From a virus, in IMG/VR virus record IMGVR_UViG_3300017917_000601, positions 12,935-76,934 of that record: a stretch of DNA of 64,000 nucleotides; one strand, 5' to 3'. Under the pieces are notes generated by a model. It searched no databases and was not told the origin of the DNA. It saw only the letters and a list, made by a program, of their open reading frames with translations. The position numbers and the translations under genes were made by a program. This document shows, in pieces, positions 38,601 to 47,800 of the stretch; within the stretch, counting starts at the first letter, position 1, and the number at the start of each line of letters is the position of its first letter.

Positions 38601-41600
38601 TGCTGTCCAGATTGCATTATAGTTTACATTTAGATAAGCTGAAATTTCAGCTTTGATAAATTCATAGTTTTGTACAATCTGCGCTTTACCGTCACCGTAT
38701 GTAGATAGGAATGAAGTATTATATCCTGTAACTGTTGGTAGAGCAAATGCTGGTACTCTGCTAGGACCATTTGCAATAATATCTCTAATTAAAGAAATAT
38801 TGTTTACCACTCTATCAGATGCTGTTACGCTTCCAACATTACCAGCTGGCAGTGTTGTAACTTGTGTAGCTGTATTTCCAACAGTCGGTGTTACAGAAAC
38901 ATTTGAAATAATGTCGGCAATGATAGAGTTAACTCTTCCCATTGCACTTGCTGATTTTTCTTTGTCTGTAGCTAAGTTAATATTAGCTGGCGCTGGAGAA
39001 ATAGTAGTCGATCTTAATTCGTCGCCAACAATCGCAGTATTTCTTGGAAGTACTATTGGTAAAACTTCTGGGAAGCTGCCTGTCTTAACACTAATTGTAG
39101 TATTTCCAACAGTTGCCGCAGGAATAAAAGTAGTATTTCCGCCGTTAAGACCTTTAGTTACAATAGAAACTAAAGAAGTTACTAAACCAGTTGCACCAGT
39201 TTCAGCGGTTAATGATACATCAATTAACTGTCCTGCTTGATTTCCTAGTACAACACCATTTAGTGTTTGGTAGTTTGATGCAGGTGCTGTATTTTCTAAT
39301 ACATTGTTTGATACAGATACAAGATAGTTTAAAGCCGCAACAAATGGAGGAATGTCATATACGTCAACACCAGTAACGTAAGACGTGCCTGCTTCGTTAA
39401 AGTAAGCTAAAGCGGCCTTAGTAGTATTTAAATTTCCACCGTGACCAATGTCGTAAATGATTGCATCTAACACAATGCCAGCGTCTCTCTCAGTTTTAGA
39501 TTCACTGTAAGAGAATGTTCCAGTATTAGCAGTTGAACTAGCAGTTAAATTCAATGTTGAACCGCTAGGTGTTGTTGAAATAGTAAATGTTGTATTGCTA
39601 ACTATTGACTTAACATAGTAAGTTGTTCCAGCAGTGATTCCACCAGCTGATGCACTAAACACAATTGGCATGTTTGTGTACAAAATATCAGTGCTTGTAA
39701 CTGTAATTTGATTAGGAATTACTGGATCAGTAGAAGCGGCTGTAGCACTTACAGTAACCTTATATGTATATTTTACATAGTTATTAACTTCTTTAAGAAT
39801 AAATTGTTTATTCTTTGATAGTAATTCTTGAGCATTGATATTTCTATAGCCGTGTTCAATAATTTGGCAAGCATAATTGACGGTCTTCCAAGGCTTGTCC
39901 ATAGTTGTGCCTTGCCCGTCGACTAGTGTGTCAACCCCGTTTGGAGCAACATATACTAGATTGTTAATTTGTCCGTAGTATAACCACTCAGGTGCATTAT
40001 CTTTAACACGTAAAACTTGGCCATCAGTGCCAATTGGTAGTCTTTGTGGGCCGTTAGCACCGTAGAAGAACATGTCTCCTTGTGTTGTTAGAACAGCAGA
40101 TTCTGCACCACTGGCTAATAAGTTCCAATATTGTCCTGTTTGATCTGCATCTGGACGGTTTCCGCTAGCGGCTACGTGTGCGGCTACGCAGATGTAACTG
40201 TTAGCACCAAAGTAAACTGAGTCACCTAGAACATAAGTAACACCAGATTCCCAACTTACCGCATAGCCAGTATTTGAGACTGTTGTAATTGCAGTTGTGC
40301 TAACGCCAGTGACGGTGACTGTTAAGTCGTTTGCTGGACTTAAACCACCTAAGGCTGTTCCTAAGATTTTAATCTTATCGTTAAGAGCATAACCAGATCC
40401 CTGTGCATTAACAGCAACAGTGTATGAAGTTCCAGTGACTGATACATTAAATGTTGCTGAAGATCCAGTACCTACTAAGTTTGTACCAGAAACCCCTGTG
40501 TAAGTCCTTGTAGAGCCTACCCATCTAATGCCAGAGTTAAGTCTCGACCAATAGGTTGAGAAAGGTGGTTTAGGATCTGTAGTGCCGGTCATTGTACCAG
40601 ATGCAGTTGTTAATTCGAATGTTGCACCACCGGGGGCACTGCTGATTGTAAAGTGTGTTGAATCAACAATAGTCTTTACATAGTATGTTGTACCCGAAAC
40701 AATGTTTCCAAATGTAGTTCCTGAGAATACAATTGGTAGATTTGCTGTTAGAACATTAGTGTTGTCGCTGATTGTTATTTGATTTGGTCTGCTTAGGTCA
40801 ACACCGACTGTTGTATTAGTTGCTGTTACAGTTTTTACAGAATTGTCAACTAATGCAAGATATGTGTATCCACCTAATCTTACAACACTACCGATTTTAT
40901 AAGAAGTTCCGCTGTTCCAATCGCCTTGGAAATCAAAGCCTGTTGTAAAGGGTCTCCAATATGCTGTTGCAGTTACTGGATTCTGATTTGAATGATTTTG
41001 TAGGGCTGTATATGTGTTTCCGCCGTAGGTAACTAGATCACCTAGTTGATATTCTGTCGAGTCACTCCAGCTATTTTCAAATTCTAAACCGTTAACAAAA
41101 ATCGAAAACTTTGTTAGATCAATAGATGTTCCTGTTGACTGATGTAGTGTTGTACAAATGTACAAGTTTGCTCCGAAAGAAACAATATCGTTAACTTTAT
41201 ATCTAACAGATGACCCGCTCCATGGGCCTTTATACTCAATGCCTGCATTAAACACGTCCCACTTAGCTAGATCAGCTTCAAGTCCGCCTGCTTCAGCAGT
41301 AGATGAAGCGTTTGAAATATGTGCAGTATTACAAACGTAGGTATAACCTCCCCAGGTTACAATATCTCTTACACGATATCTTGTACTAGTTGTCCAACTT
41401 CCTCTCCAGAAGGTATTGGCTGCTAGTACGTCCCACTTAGCTAGGTCAGCTTCAAGTCCTAAGAATGTAGGACTTACGTTAGTTGCAGATGTGTGGTATT
41501 CGTTACATACGTAAACTGTGCCGCCATACACTACAACGTCACCTAAATTATAGGTAGTTGTTGGAGTCCAATCGCCTCTCCACTGTGTACCATCAGAAAC

Positions 41601-41783
41601 TAAGTTCCATTTGGTAGGGTTAGCATCTAAGTCGGTTACAAATGTTGATGAAGCAGTATGGCTTATTACACAAATATATGTTTTTCCGCCAACTGTTACT
41701 ACGTCATCGACTACGTATGCTGTACCGTTTGCCCAAGCGCCTTGGTACACAAACTTAATTCTACCTAGTTTAAATTCTGCCAT
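32664..41783 (-). CDS. Giant fibre/baseplate-associated structural protein (3039 aa)
   Basis: N-terminal W...Y..GD.V.YGG..Y.C...H.S repeats; split beta-helix; TTYYV repeats; YGNG.FVA propeller-like repeats; C-terminal RLTGHDFL...STDQDGNF. Confidence 0.8.
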   Translation of the reverse strand: MAEFKLGRIKFVYQGAWANGTAYVVDDVVTVGGKTYICVISHTASSTFVTDLDANPTKWNLVSDGTQWRGDWTPTTTYNLGDVVVYGGTVYVCNEYHTSATNVSPTFLGLEADLAKWDVLAANTFWRGSWTTSTRYRVRDIVTWGGYTYVCNTAHISNASSTAEAGGLEADLAKWDVFNAGIEYKGPWSGSSVRYKVNDIVSFGANLYICTTLHQSTGTSIDLTKFSIFVNGLEFENSWSDSTEYQLGDLVTYGGNTYTALQNHSNQNPVTATAYWRPFTTGFDFQGDWNSGTSYKIGSVVRLGGYTYLALVDNSVKTVTATNTTVGVDLSRPNQITISDNTNVLTANLPIVFSGTTFGNIVSGTTYYVKTIVDSTHFTISSAPGGATFELTTASGTMTGTTDPKPPFSTYWSRLNSGIRWVGSTRTYTGVSGTNLVGTGSSATFNVSVTGTSYTVAVNAQGSGYALNDKIKILGTALGGLSPANDLTVTVTGVSTTAITTVSNTGYAVSWESGVTYVLGDSVYFGANSYICVAAHVAASGNRPDADQTGQYWNLLASGAESAVLTTQGDMFFYGANGPQRLPIGTDGQVLRVKDNAPEWLYYGQINNLVYVAPNGVDTLVDGQGTTMDKPWKTVNYACQIIEHGYRNINAQELLSKNKQFILKEVNNYVKYTYKVTVSATAASTDPVIPNQITVTSTDILYTNMPIVFSASAGGITAGTTYYVKSIVSNTTFTISTTPSGSTLNLTASSTANTGTFSYSESKTERDAGIVLDAIIYDIGHGGNLNTTKAALAYFNEAGTSYVTGVDVYDIPPFVAALNYLVSVSNNVLENTAPASNYQTLNGVVLGNQAGQLIDVSLTAETGATGLVTSLVSIVTKGLNGGNTTFIPAATVGNTTISVKTGSFPEVLPIVLPRNTAIVGDELRSTTISPAPANINLATDKEKSASAMGRVNSIIADIISNVSVTPTVGNTATQVTTLPAGNVGSVTASDRVVNNISLIRDIIANGPSRVPAFALPTVTGYNTSFLSTYGDGKAQIVQNYEFIKAEISAYLNVNYNAIWTAFGDLYQSETVRDVSFVLDGLQYDMTYGGNTQSLINGSAYYSLGIRQIRDSYLEAVTAALGRLKTIIGQIVQGTSVTPTAGNTVLQVTAGSTGNAGAGTFAQDRVQDVLDWINNGVANAKIEPTAAIALTSSSLQASRTFLLSKKAEIGSDAQQWVYKFFQDSAIDSSLTNRDAQLVVEALADDLVFGSNFASISAGRAYYRLNASAQRLVDNVNNQKSATLGALNFVGQKAKMIAGAGATAQLQIAIGDIIARIRGVKTTTLTSVTTGTNRLTVTSTSGMVANMPITFSNLPANTTATASATNATGNLITLSDTVSNLGISPGQQIYFTGNTMGNIIPFQLYYVKTASSSTITISLTNGGTAVTLATDTGSMTAVINKAGGLVSNKVYWINTVETSTALTITENYKSGSAFVINNTVGSMTASVTANHTPEVHGSISYNNVLETIRGAEVLKANSEFIAREAAAWVSNTFGGTVTSTTASNNRFTTSSAHNLTVGDPIVFSGTNITGSGITIGQTYYVYTVPTTSTFTVVSQRGSTIEVDITLDGTGTMTVTYAYDLAKCLRDTQAYVKALAYDLNYLGNYKSTRAVIQYVNAVDGSQLENMFLVRNGSGIRNITMTGLSGTLTTPNAYGTRRPTAGAYASLDPGFGPNDSNVWIDSRSCYTQNCTMFGTACTGAKIDGALHAGGYRSMVANDYTTIISDGIGVWCTGSNSLTELVSVFNYYGYAGYLAELGGRIRATNGNSSYGVYGVIAEGVDSFEEPINGTVDNRYFDAFITSVVTDAENEIYRFEFRNAGKHYSNASYNISGSGFNAVAIGDEYRDAGVFETRLLDLNDGNGEGGTSYVTNANVAQGGAIGYITIAATDTLLSGAYVGMRIQLTAGTGVGQYANILTYNNGSKDAQVYKDSFTPLTVTGSTTTVLQVASTATLYVNQPIFLSAATAGVFNANTVYYVASVDSATTFTLKTTVGGSAVTGLTATSGQTISLYEAGWDHVIPGRAVVNNLDLTTAYIIEPRVSYSAPGFNSAARTMPGANAQWNAVKYANGNYVAIANGPSTRTAYSSNGTSWTAGGALPASANWSDITYGGGQGATATVTIGGRGGVGATFEAVIGTGTTATQIVAINVLNGGFGYSTPPVIKIQGGGGTGATATCTVLNGTIQTVSMLINGSGYTSQPSITAETNQVTVITANTWGQDYYSAPSVVIEPPVAGANPWGNGLSVNPGDFIYYLDTAPNPDQTNYYVAITSGTLSATPPTFTDGIGSAATYGAQLGYVGTLATATATLTNNGVSGYTITNRGVGYSSVPAVTIVDTGARFVAVADGSTDSSYQTVAALGSAWSASNSTGQTTLKSITYGNGVYVAVGGNSGTATAVSSTDGVTWINRSSAIASLSAGNYSAITYGNGTFVAIQTGGVVTSTSANGVTWAPGGNLPASTTWSSVAYGNGRFVAIETGGRRVAYSINKGVSWILSPAGLPLSANWSKVAYGQGLFIAIASGQNICATSTDGVTWKQESMPGSSTNWKALAFGNPLLTAIGNQPTWVAISNTSGTIASSIRTGARTQGRIRALSGKVQEFRIIDPGSGYAKGIVTATDSATDVITVADTTNLVNNQPIDFEGLDDYGLATGTTYYIISGSIVANTSFKVSAVSGSSTSIPLTTGSGLSGVYRASPIVSQFDPNKVVTAPIRVRTGDGALANPSFSNRGVNNATATATLTGDGYADTYQNTSFINMANLFTIPSPGANVQFASIPNTWYKLVAVTNVLGTAGNYTAQFQISPGLTTSLAPEHDDVITTRLKYSQVRLTGHDFLYIGTGNQTQTNYPNVDASTAIQANQQLATAGGRVFFTSTDQDGNFNVGNLFGVQQATGTATLNASAFNLAGLQSLQLGAVSIGVGSAVITQFSTDPYFTANSDNVIPTQKAIKSYIAAQIGGGQSTLNVNTITSGQIYIANNTITTTTGGEIKVTARMNFVGGIDGAPVALVYFGQR

Positions 41784-41820
41784 TTTATATCATCCTCTGA
41801 TAGTATTTATCTTTATTAGA

Positions 41821-44800
41821 TTATGGGGTTCTATGAGTACTATTTCTCATGAAAAATTCTAACGCTTGCATTTCGCCATCTACACCGGCTAATGGACCAG
41901 TGAAATTTACTTTATTTTGCATTTTAACACTACCGTTAGGCACAGTTGTTCCAATCTTATTTGGCCCCCCAACTGTTACTAAACCAGCGGTTAGTTGTCC
42001 AGTGAATGTGTTAGATCCACCCTGGCTCAATCTGCTAGTTAGGTAAGTCTTAATTGCTTTTTGTGTAGGAAGTATTTCATCGCTGTTAGCAGTAAATGTT
42101 CCATCTGTACTAAACTGTTTAATTATAACGCTCGAACCGCCTACAGAAATGCCGCCTAACGATAATGTCTCTAGTCCAGTTAATCCAAATTGTGAAGCAC
42201 TTAGAGTAACAATACCAGTTGACTGTTGAACTCCAAACAAACTACCAACTTTAAAGTTACCGTCTTGGTCAGTACTGGTATAGAATACTCGTCCAAAGTT
42301 TGCTTCAACTGTTTGATTTTGACTGCTTGCAACATAACCACTATCGGGTATGCCTGGATAGTTTGATGTTTCAAAGCTACCATAACCAATGTTTAAGAAG
42401 TCGTGATTTGTTAATCGAGCCTGGCTGTATTTAGATCTAATACTTATTTGTGCATTGTTTTCCGGACTTAATGCCACAGTCATATCTGGAGATATAGATA
42501 TGTTAGCTTCTAAGTTAGGTGCTGTTGTTCCAAATACTGCAAACGCACTAGTTACTTTGTAAATAGTGTCATTACCTGCGATAGTTAAACTATCGCCGGG
42601 GTTAGGTAATCTGTTTAGATTATTAACGACAATAGTTAATCCAGTTTGATACTGATCAGCATATCCGTTACCTGATACTGTAACATAAGTTGAGTTAGTA
42701 TTGTAACCAGATCCTTTGTTAACCATCGACGGACTGCTTAACACTCCGTTACCAAGTCTCGGTGTTACTACTGCTAAGTTAGTTACGTTAGGGTCAACGA
42801 ATGTAACAGTAGGAGCTGTACTATAGTTAGAACCAGGCTCCCATTCACTAATACCTGTCATAACCCCTGATGTAATTAGTGCTCGGCCCTTAGTTTTTGC
42901 ACCGGCCTGAATTACTACGCCAGATCCTTGGCCTGATAAACTAGCAAAATGTCCATTATATGTTGTGCTAGTAAATCCAAAAGACATACAACCGTAGTTG
43001 TACGGGTTATTTGTAGTCTTTTTCTTCCAGCTTCCGCCACCTTCAGTTACCCATACATCAGTACTTCCAGATTTAACTGCTGTAAAGACACCTTGACCGT
43101 ATTCAATAATGTCAGCGGCAATTGATAAGTTTGAAGAATACCAAGTTGATCCATCGAATGTCCAGGCTGTCCTACTAGATGTACTTGATACTGCATGGAA
43201 TAAGTTATTGCCAAATGCTATACTAGACCATGTTGTTGAGAACGGCAATGTAGAGCTAGACCAAGATGCTCCTCCGTTAGTGCTGTATGCGGCAACAGTT
43301 CCGCCTGATGCAATAGCAACAAAAATTCCGTTACCGTAATCAATACTTGACCAGTTTGCACTTGCTGGCAACGTTGCACTAGTCCATGAGAATCCATAAT
43401 CTGTAGAATATGCGGCACGATTTGTTCCTGCTGATATTGCTACAAATACACCATTGCCGTATTTGATATGAGTCCAAGGACCATTATTAGGTAGGGCTGA
43501 ACTTCTCCAACCCTGTCCGTTAGAGTTAGATCTCCAGGCTTTACTGTCTGAAGAACTAATTATGACCCAGTAGTTATTACCGTAGGCCACACCGCTCCAA
43601 GTTTGAGACTCGGGGAGAGCAATTGAAAGCCATACGCTGCCGTCTGTTGAATAAGCACCAGTTGCGTTGCCATCTGGCACTGCCATCCAATTATTTAAAC
43701 CGTATTCGATGTCTTTCCATGATGTTCCTGGTGCAAGATTAACAGGCAATGTAGCAGGAGATGCTATAAAGTCTGGTTCTGAATAGACTGTCCTAGGTTC
43801 TATAAAATAAACTGAAGTAAAGTCTAAGTTAGTCTCAATAGGAGTACCGACGTTAAAATGGTCCCAACCTACCTGGGCTAAGTTCATAGATCCAGATTTA
43901 GATGTCAATGTTATTGCAGGGCCGCCGAGTGTTTCACTAACTTGAATAGTTGCTGGTGCGCCACCGCCACCGGCATTAATAGTAGTGATATAATAATCTT
44001 GTCCGATATCAACTCCACCAAATAATGCTGTTGAGAATGTTGCACTCATACTACCAATGCCAAAACTTAATAATTCTTTCTTAGCTGTACTTGTAGCTAA
44101 CATTGATCCGCCTGTTCCAGATGTCAATGATACTGGACTGCCGGCAGTTCTAGTAATCATTGATCCGCTTGCTGTTGTGAGCAACAATGCACCACCGCCC
44201 GGTGATTGAGAGATAGTAAAGGTCGTTGCGTTGTTAACAGCAAGAATATAATATGTAGTTTCTGCTTGTATATTACCAAAAGTTGTTCCAGTAAACACAA
44301 CTGGTTGATTTGGGATAAAACCTGCGGTAGAGCTTACTGTAATTAGGTTTGATGTTGCTTGAGTAGCAGTAGCAGTCACAGTAGTCAATGTTGATGAAAC
44401 TTGGAAAGATGTTGCATCGATAATTCTACTAATATAATATTTTTGCCCTTCAATAATATTTGTGCCGCCGATAATTGGTTCGCTAAACACTATTGGGTTA
44501 AGGACAACTAAAGAATTAGTTGAAACTACTGTAAAAGCATTAGTACTAGAACTTGTTGATGTTACTGTTACCTCAACAAGTGCATTTGAAATACTAAACA
44601 CGCCTGTAGGGTTAAAAGGGCCAGTTGCACTAATAATGTCGTTTACATAATAAACTTTTCCTACAGTAATTCCACCGATAGCATTACCAGTAAACTGAAT
44701 TGGATAGTTAACTACCATGTTTGTTGTGTTACCAACAACATAACCGGTGTTAGACGTAAAGTTCATGGTCATGTTGCCTGATCCGCTATTTAATAACCAA

Positions 44801-47800
44801 ACGTTACCAAATAACTGTTCTGTAATTTGAATAGTAGTACTATCGATAATACTGTAAATGTAGTAGATTGTATTCGGGTTAACTGTTGTAAATACTCCTC
44901 CAGTAAATGTTACTGGTTGGTTAACGTATAATCCAACTGTGCTTGAGACGGTTAAGGTGTTAATCTGTCCCCCAACAGCCGCAGTAACAGTGACCTGAGA
45001 CAACGATGTTGATGTAACTGTTGTTGTGTAGTATGTTGGTATAAATTGAACCGGCATATCTACATAAAGTGTTTCAGTAGTAGTACCGTTAGCTAAAGTA
45101 ATAAGATTGGTTGTAGCGGCAGTTGAAACTACCGGTAATGCATCAAACGATTCTTTAAGAATGTGTACGTCTTTAGATCCTTCGTCATAATAAGAAATGT
45201 AACCGTATTGGCCAGCACCAGCACCGCTGTTAATGAAGATTCTCATTCCGGTGTAGTTAGCATTTGTGTTGTTATCTGACTGGGCAATTTTAATAACGTG
45301 ACCGTCGCCTTCCTGAGCATTATTGCTAGCAGTTAGGTATCCACTTCCTCCTGTAATACCGTTGCTGTCAGTGCTAATTCTTGTTTGGAATACAGATTTT
45401 GAACGAAGTTCGTCACCAACTGTGATAACTCCTGTACCTGCACCAATAATATTATAGTTAGCATAAGAAGTGTATTTTGTAGTTCCAACAACTTCTAAAT
45501 AGAAACTTGGTGTAAAGTTACTATCAGATATTTCAACTTGGCTACCGTAGAAGTAATTAAACAATCCGCTTTCTGCTGAGTTTAGTCCTGTTGGGTAAAC
45601 TCTAAATTGTAATTGATTGTTTTGGCCAGTAACATCGTATGCGGCTAGCCAAATTCTATACCAACCTCTAGAGTTTTCATTTCCACTTAATACGTTAATT
45701 GCGCCGTATTGCGTTGGTGTTAAACCCCCGCTGGCTGCGGAAGGAGTAAGTGCTCCAGTTTGTAAATTATAATTTAATCTACTAATAACTTCGTCAGTGC
45801 CAGAGAAAGTTGCTTCTAATGTTACGTTTGTTGCAGTGCCCTTCTTTACATAGATACTACATGTGTACGCTTGAGCACTACCTAGTGGTACTGTTCCTGT
45901 GACGTTAACTGTTAAAATAGTAGAACCTGCTAGTGATGCTACTTCAATAATACAGTCGTTTACACTGTTTAAACCGCCAAGTTGCGATCCAGAAATGTAC
46001 ATAGTGTTACCAGTAACGTAACCACTTCCGCCGTTTGTAACTGTTACTACATATGATGTTGCTGTCACTCTTACAGTAAAGACTGCGCTAACACCGCTAC
46101 CAGAAATGTTAACTGCTGACAAGTTAGTATAGGTTGCACCAGTTGGGGTAACTGGAATATTTTCATATAGGTATCCTTGACCGGGTGTATTACTAATGTT
46201 TGTAAACGACCAAGCTTCTGATATACCAGTTGGTGCTGTATAGATTTTATTTTCTAATAAATTGCCGTCAGTAGGCCAGTTATCAAATTCATTGCTATAA
46301 GCAAGTAAGTTAGTTGTTGGCTGATTGTAATTAATACCAGCATTACTAAAATTTAATCTTAGGATCTGTGCAACTGTACCAAACGCACTTTGAACTTGTG
46401 CCTGTGTCTGACTTGATTGATTATATACTGTACCAGTCGCCGGAGTCTCTGTTGAATCAAAGCCTAACGCAATAACACCGTATGTACCATAAGAACTGTT
46501 ACCGTTTGCCGCACGGATTCGGCCGCCGTCTTCAGCAAAATAACCAGAGTATCCATAGTAACAGAACACCGAAATACATTCTGTAAGTGCGCCAGGGCCT
46601 GTACACCAAATACCAATACCGTCGCTGATAATTTGTGTAAAATCGTTTGCTACAATACTCTTGTTCCCGCCAGCATGTAGAGTTCCGTCAATCTTAGCAC
46701 CAACTGCTCCCTTACCAAAAGTTGTAACGTTTTGTACGTATGGAGATCGTTTAGTGATCCATACTGAACTATCTGTAGTGTTAATTCCTGGATCAAGACT
46801 TGCGTATGCGCCGCCTGTTGGTCTTCTTAACAGGTACTGATCTTCGGCAGTTAATGTTCCCATTAAACCGCTTAGGGTCATATTTCTTAAACCAGTACCG
46901 TCACGCATGTAGAACATATCTTTTAAGCAGTCTCCTGCATATACAACCATTCTACCTGTGCCGGTTGTTAAAGATAATGCTGGACCGCCTAGTGTTGCTG
47001 AAATGCTAAAGGTTGTTGGAGTAATACTTCCTGCAACAATGTAATAAGTAACCCCCGATGTAATTCCGCCAAACGCTGTGTCGACGTTATTAACAAATGG
47101 TGCATCAAACTGTAAAGGCATATTAGCAACCATTCCTGCTGTGTCTTGGCAAGTGAATTTATCAGTAGTTTCGTCTGATGATGTAACAAAAGTTTTAACA
47201 CTAGTTGCTGGCTCAATTACTGTTCCTCTTAATTCGTCACCTACGATTGCTACGCTTGCAGGTATAGAAATCGGAAGGCTTTCTTTATATGTTCCTGTTT
47301 TTACAAAAATAGTTACATTTTCTGCGGTGTTTACAGGTAAAACATTTCCCCCGCGAATGTTAATAATTTGAGAACATGCATAGGCAATAGTCTTCCATGG
47401 TTGGTCCCAAGTTCTTCCGTAATCTGGTCGGTCAATGCCGTTTGGTGCAACATATAATACGTTAGGTACTACGTGCAACTGTGACCAAGTTGGTGTAGAC
47501 CCAACAACTTTAAGAATATAATTTTCTTGACCAATAGGAACTGCAGAATATTCATTATTAGCATATACTTGTAAATCACCAAAGCTATTTAGAGAATTCT
47601 TTCTACTGTGAGGTATGTATAGCGTCCAATATTGATTAGTAACATCAAGATCAGGTCGTGAAACTGTGGATAATGAACTGTTATTATTTTGAATTGCTAG
47701 GTAGGTATTATTTTTCCATACAACAATATCACCAACATTGTATTGGGTAAAAGGTTGCCATTTTGTAGCCCATCTAATTCCCGGAACTAGCAACGACCAA

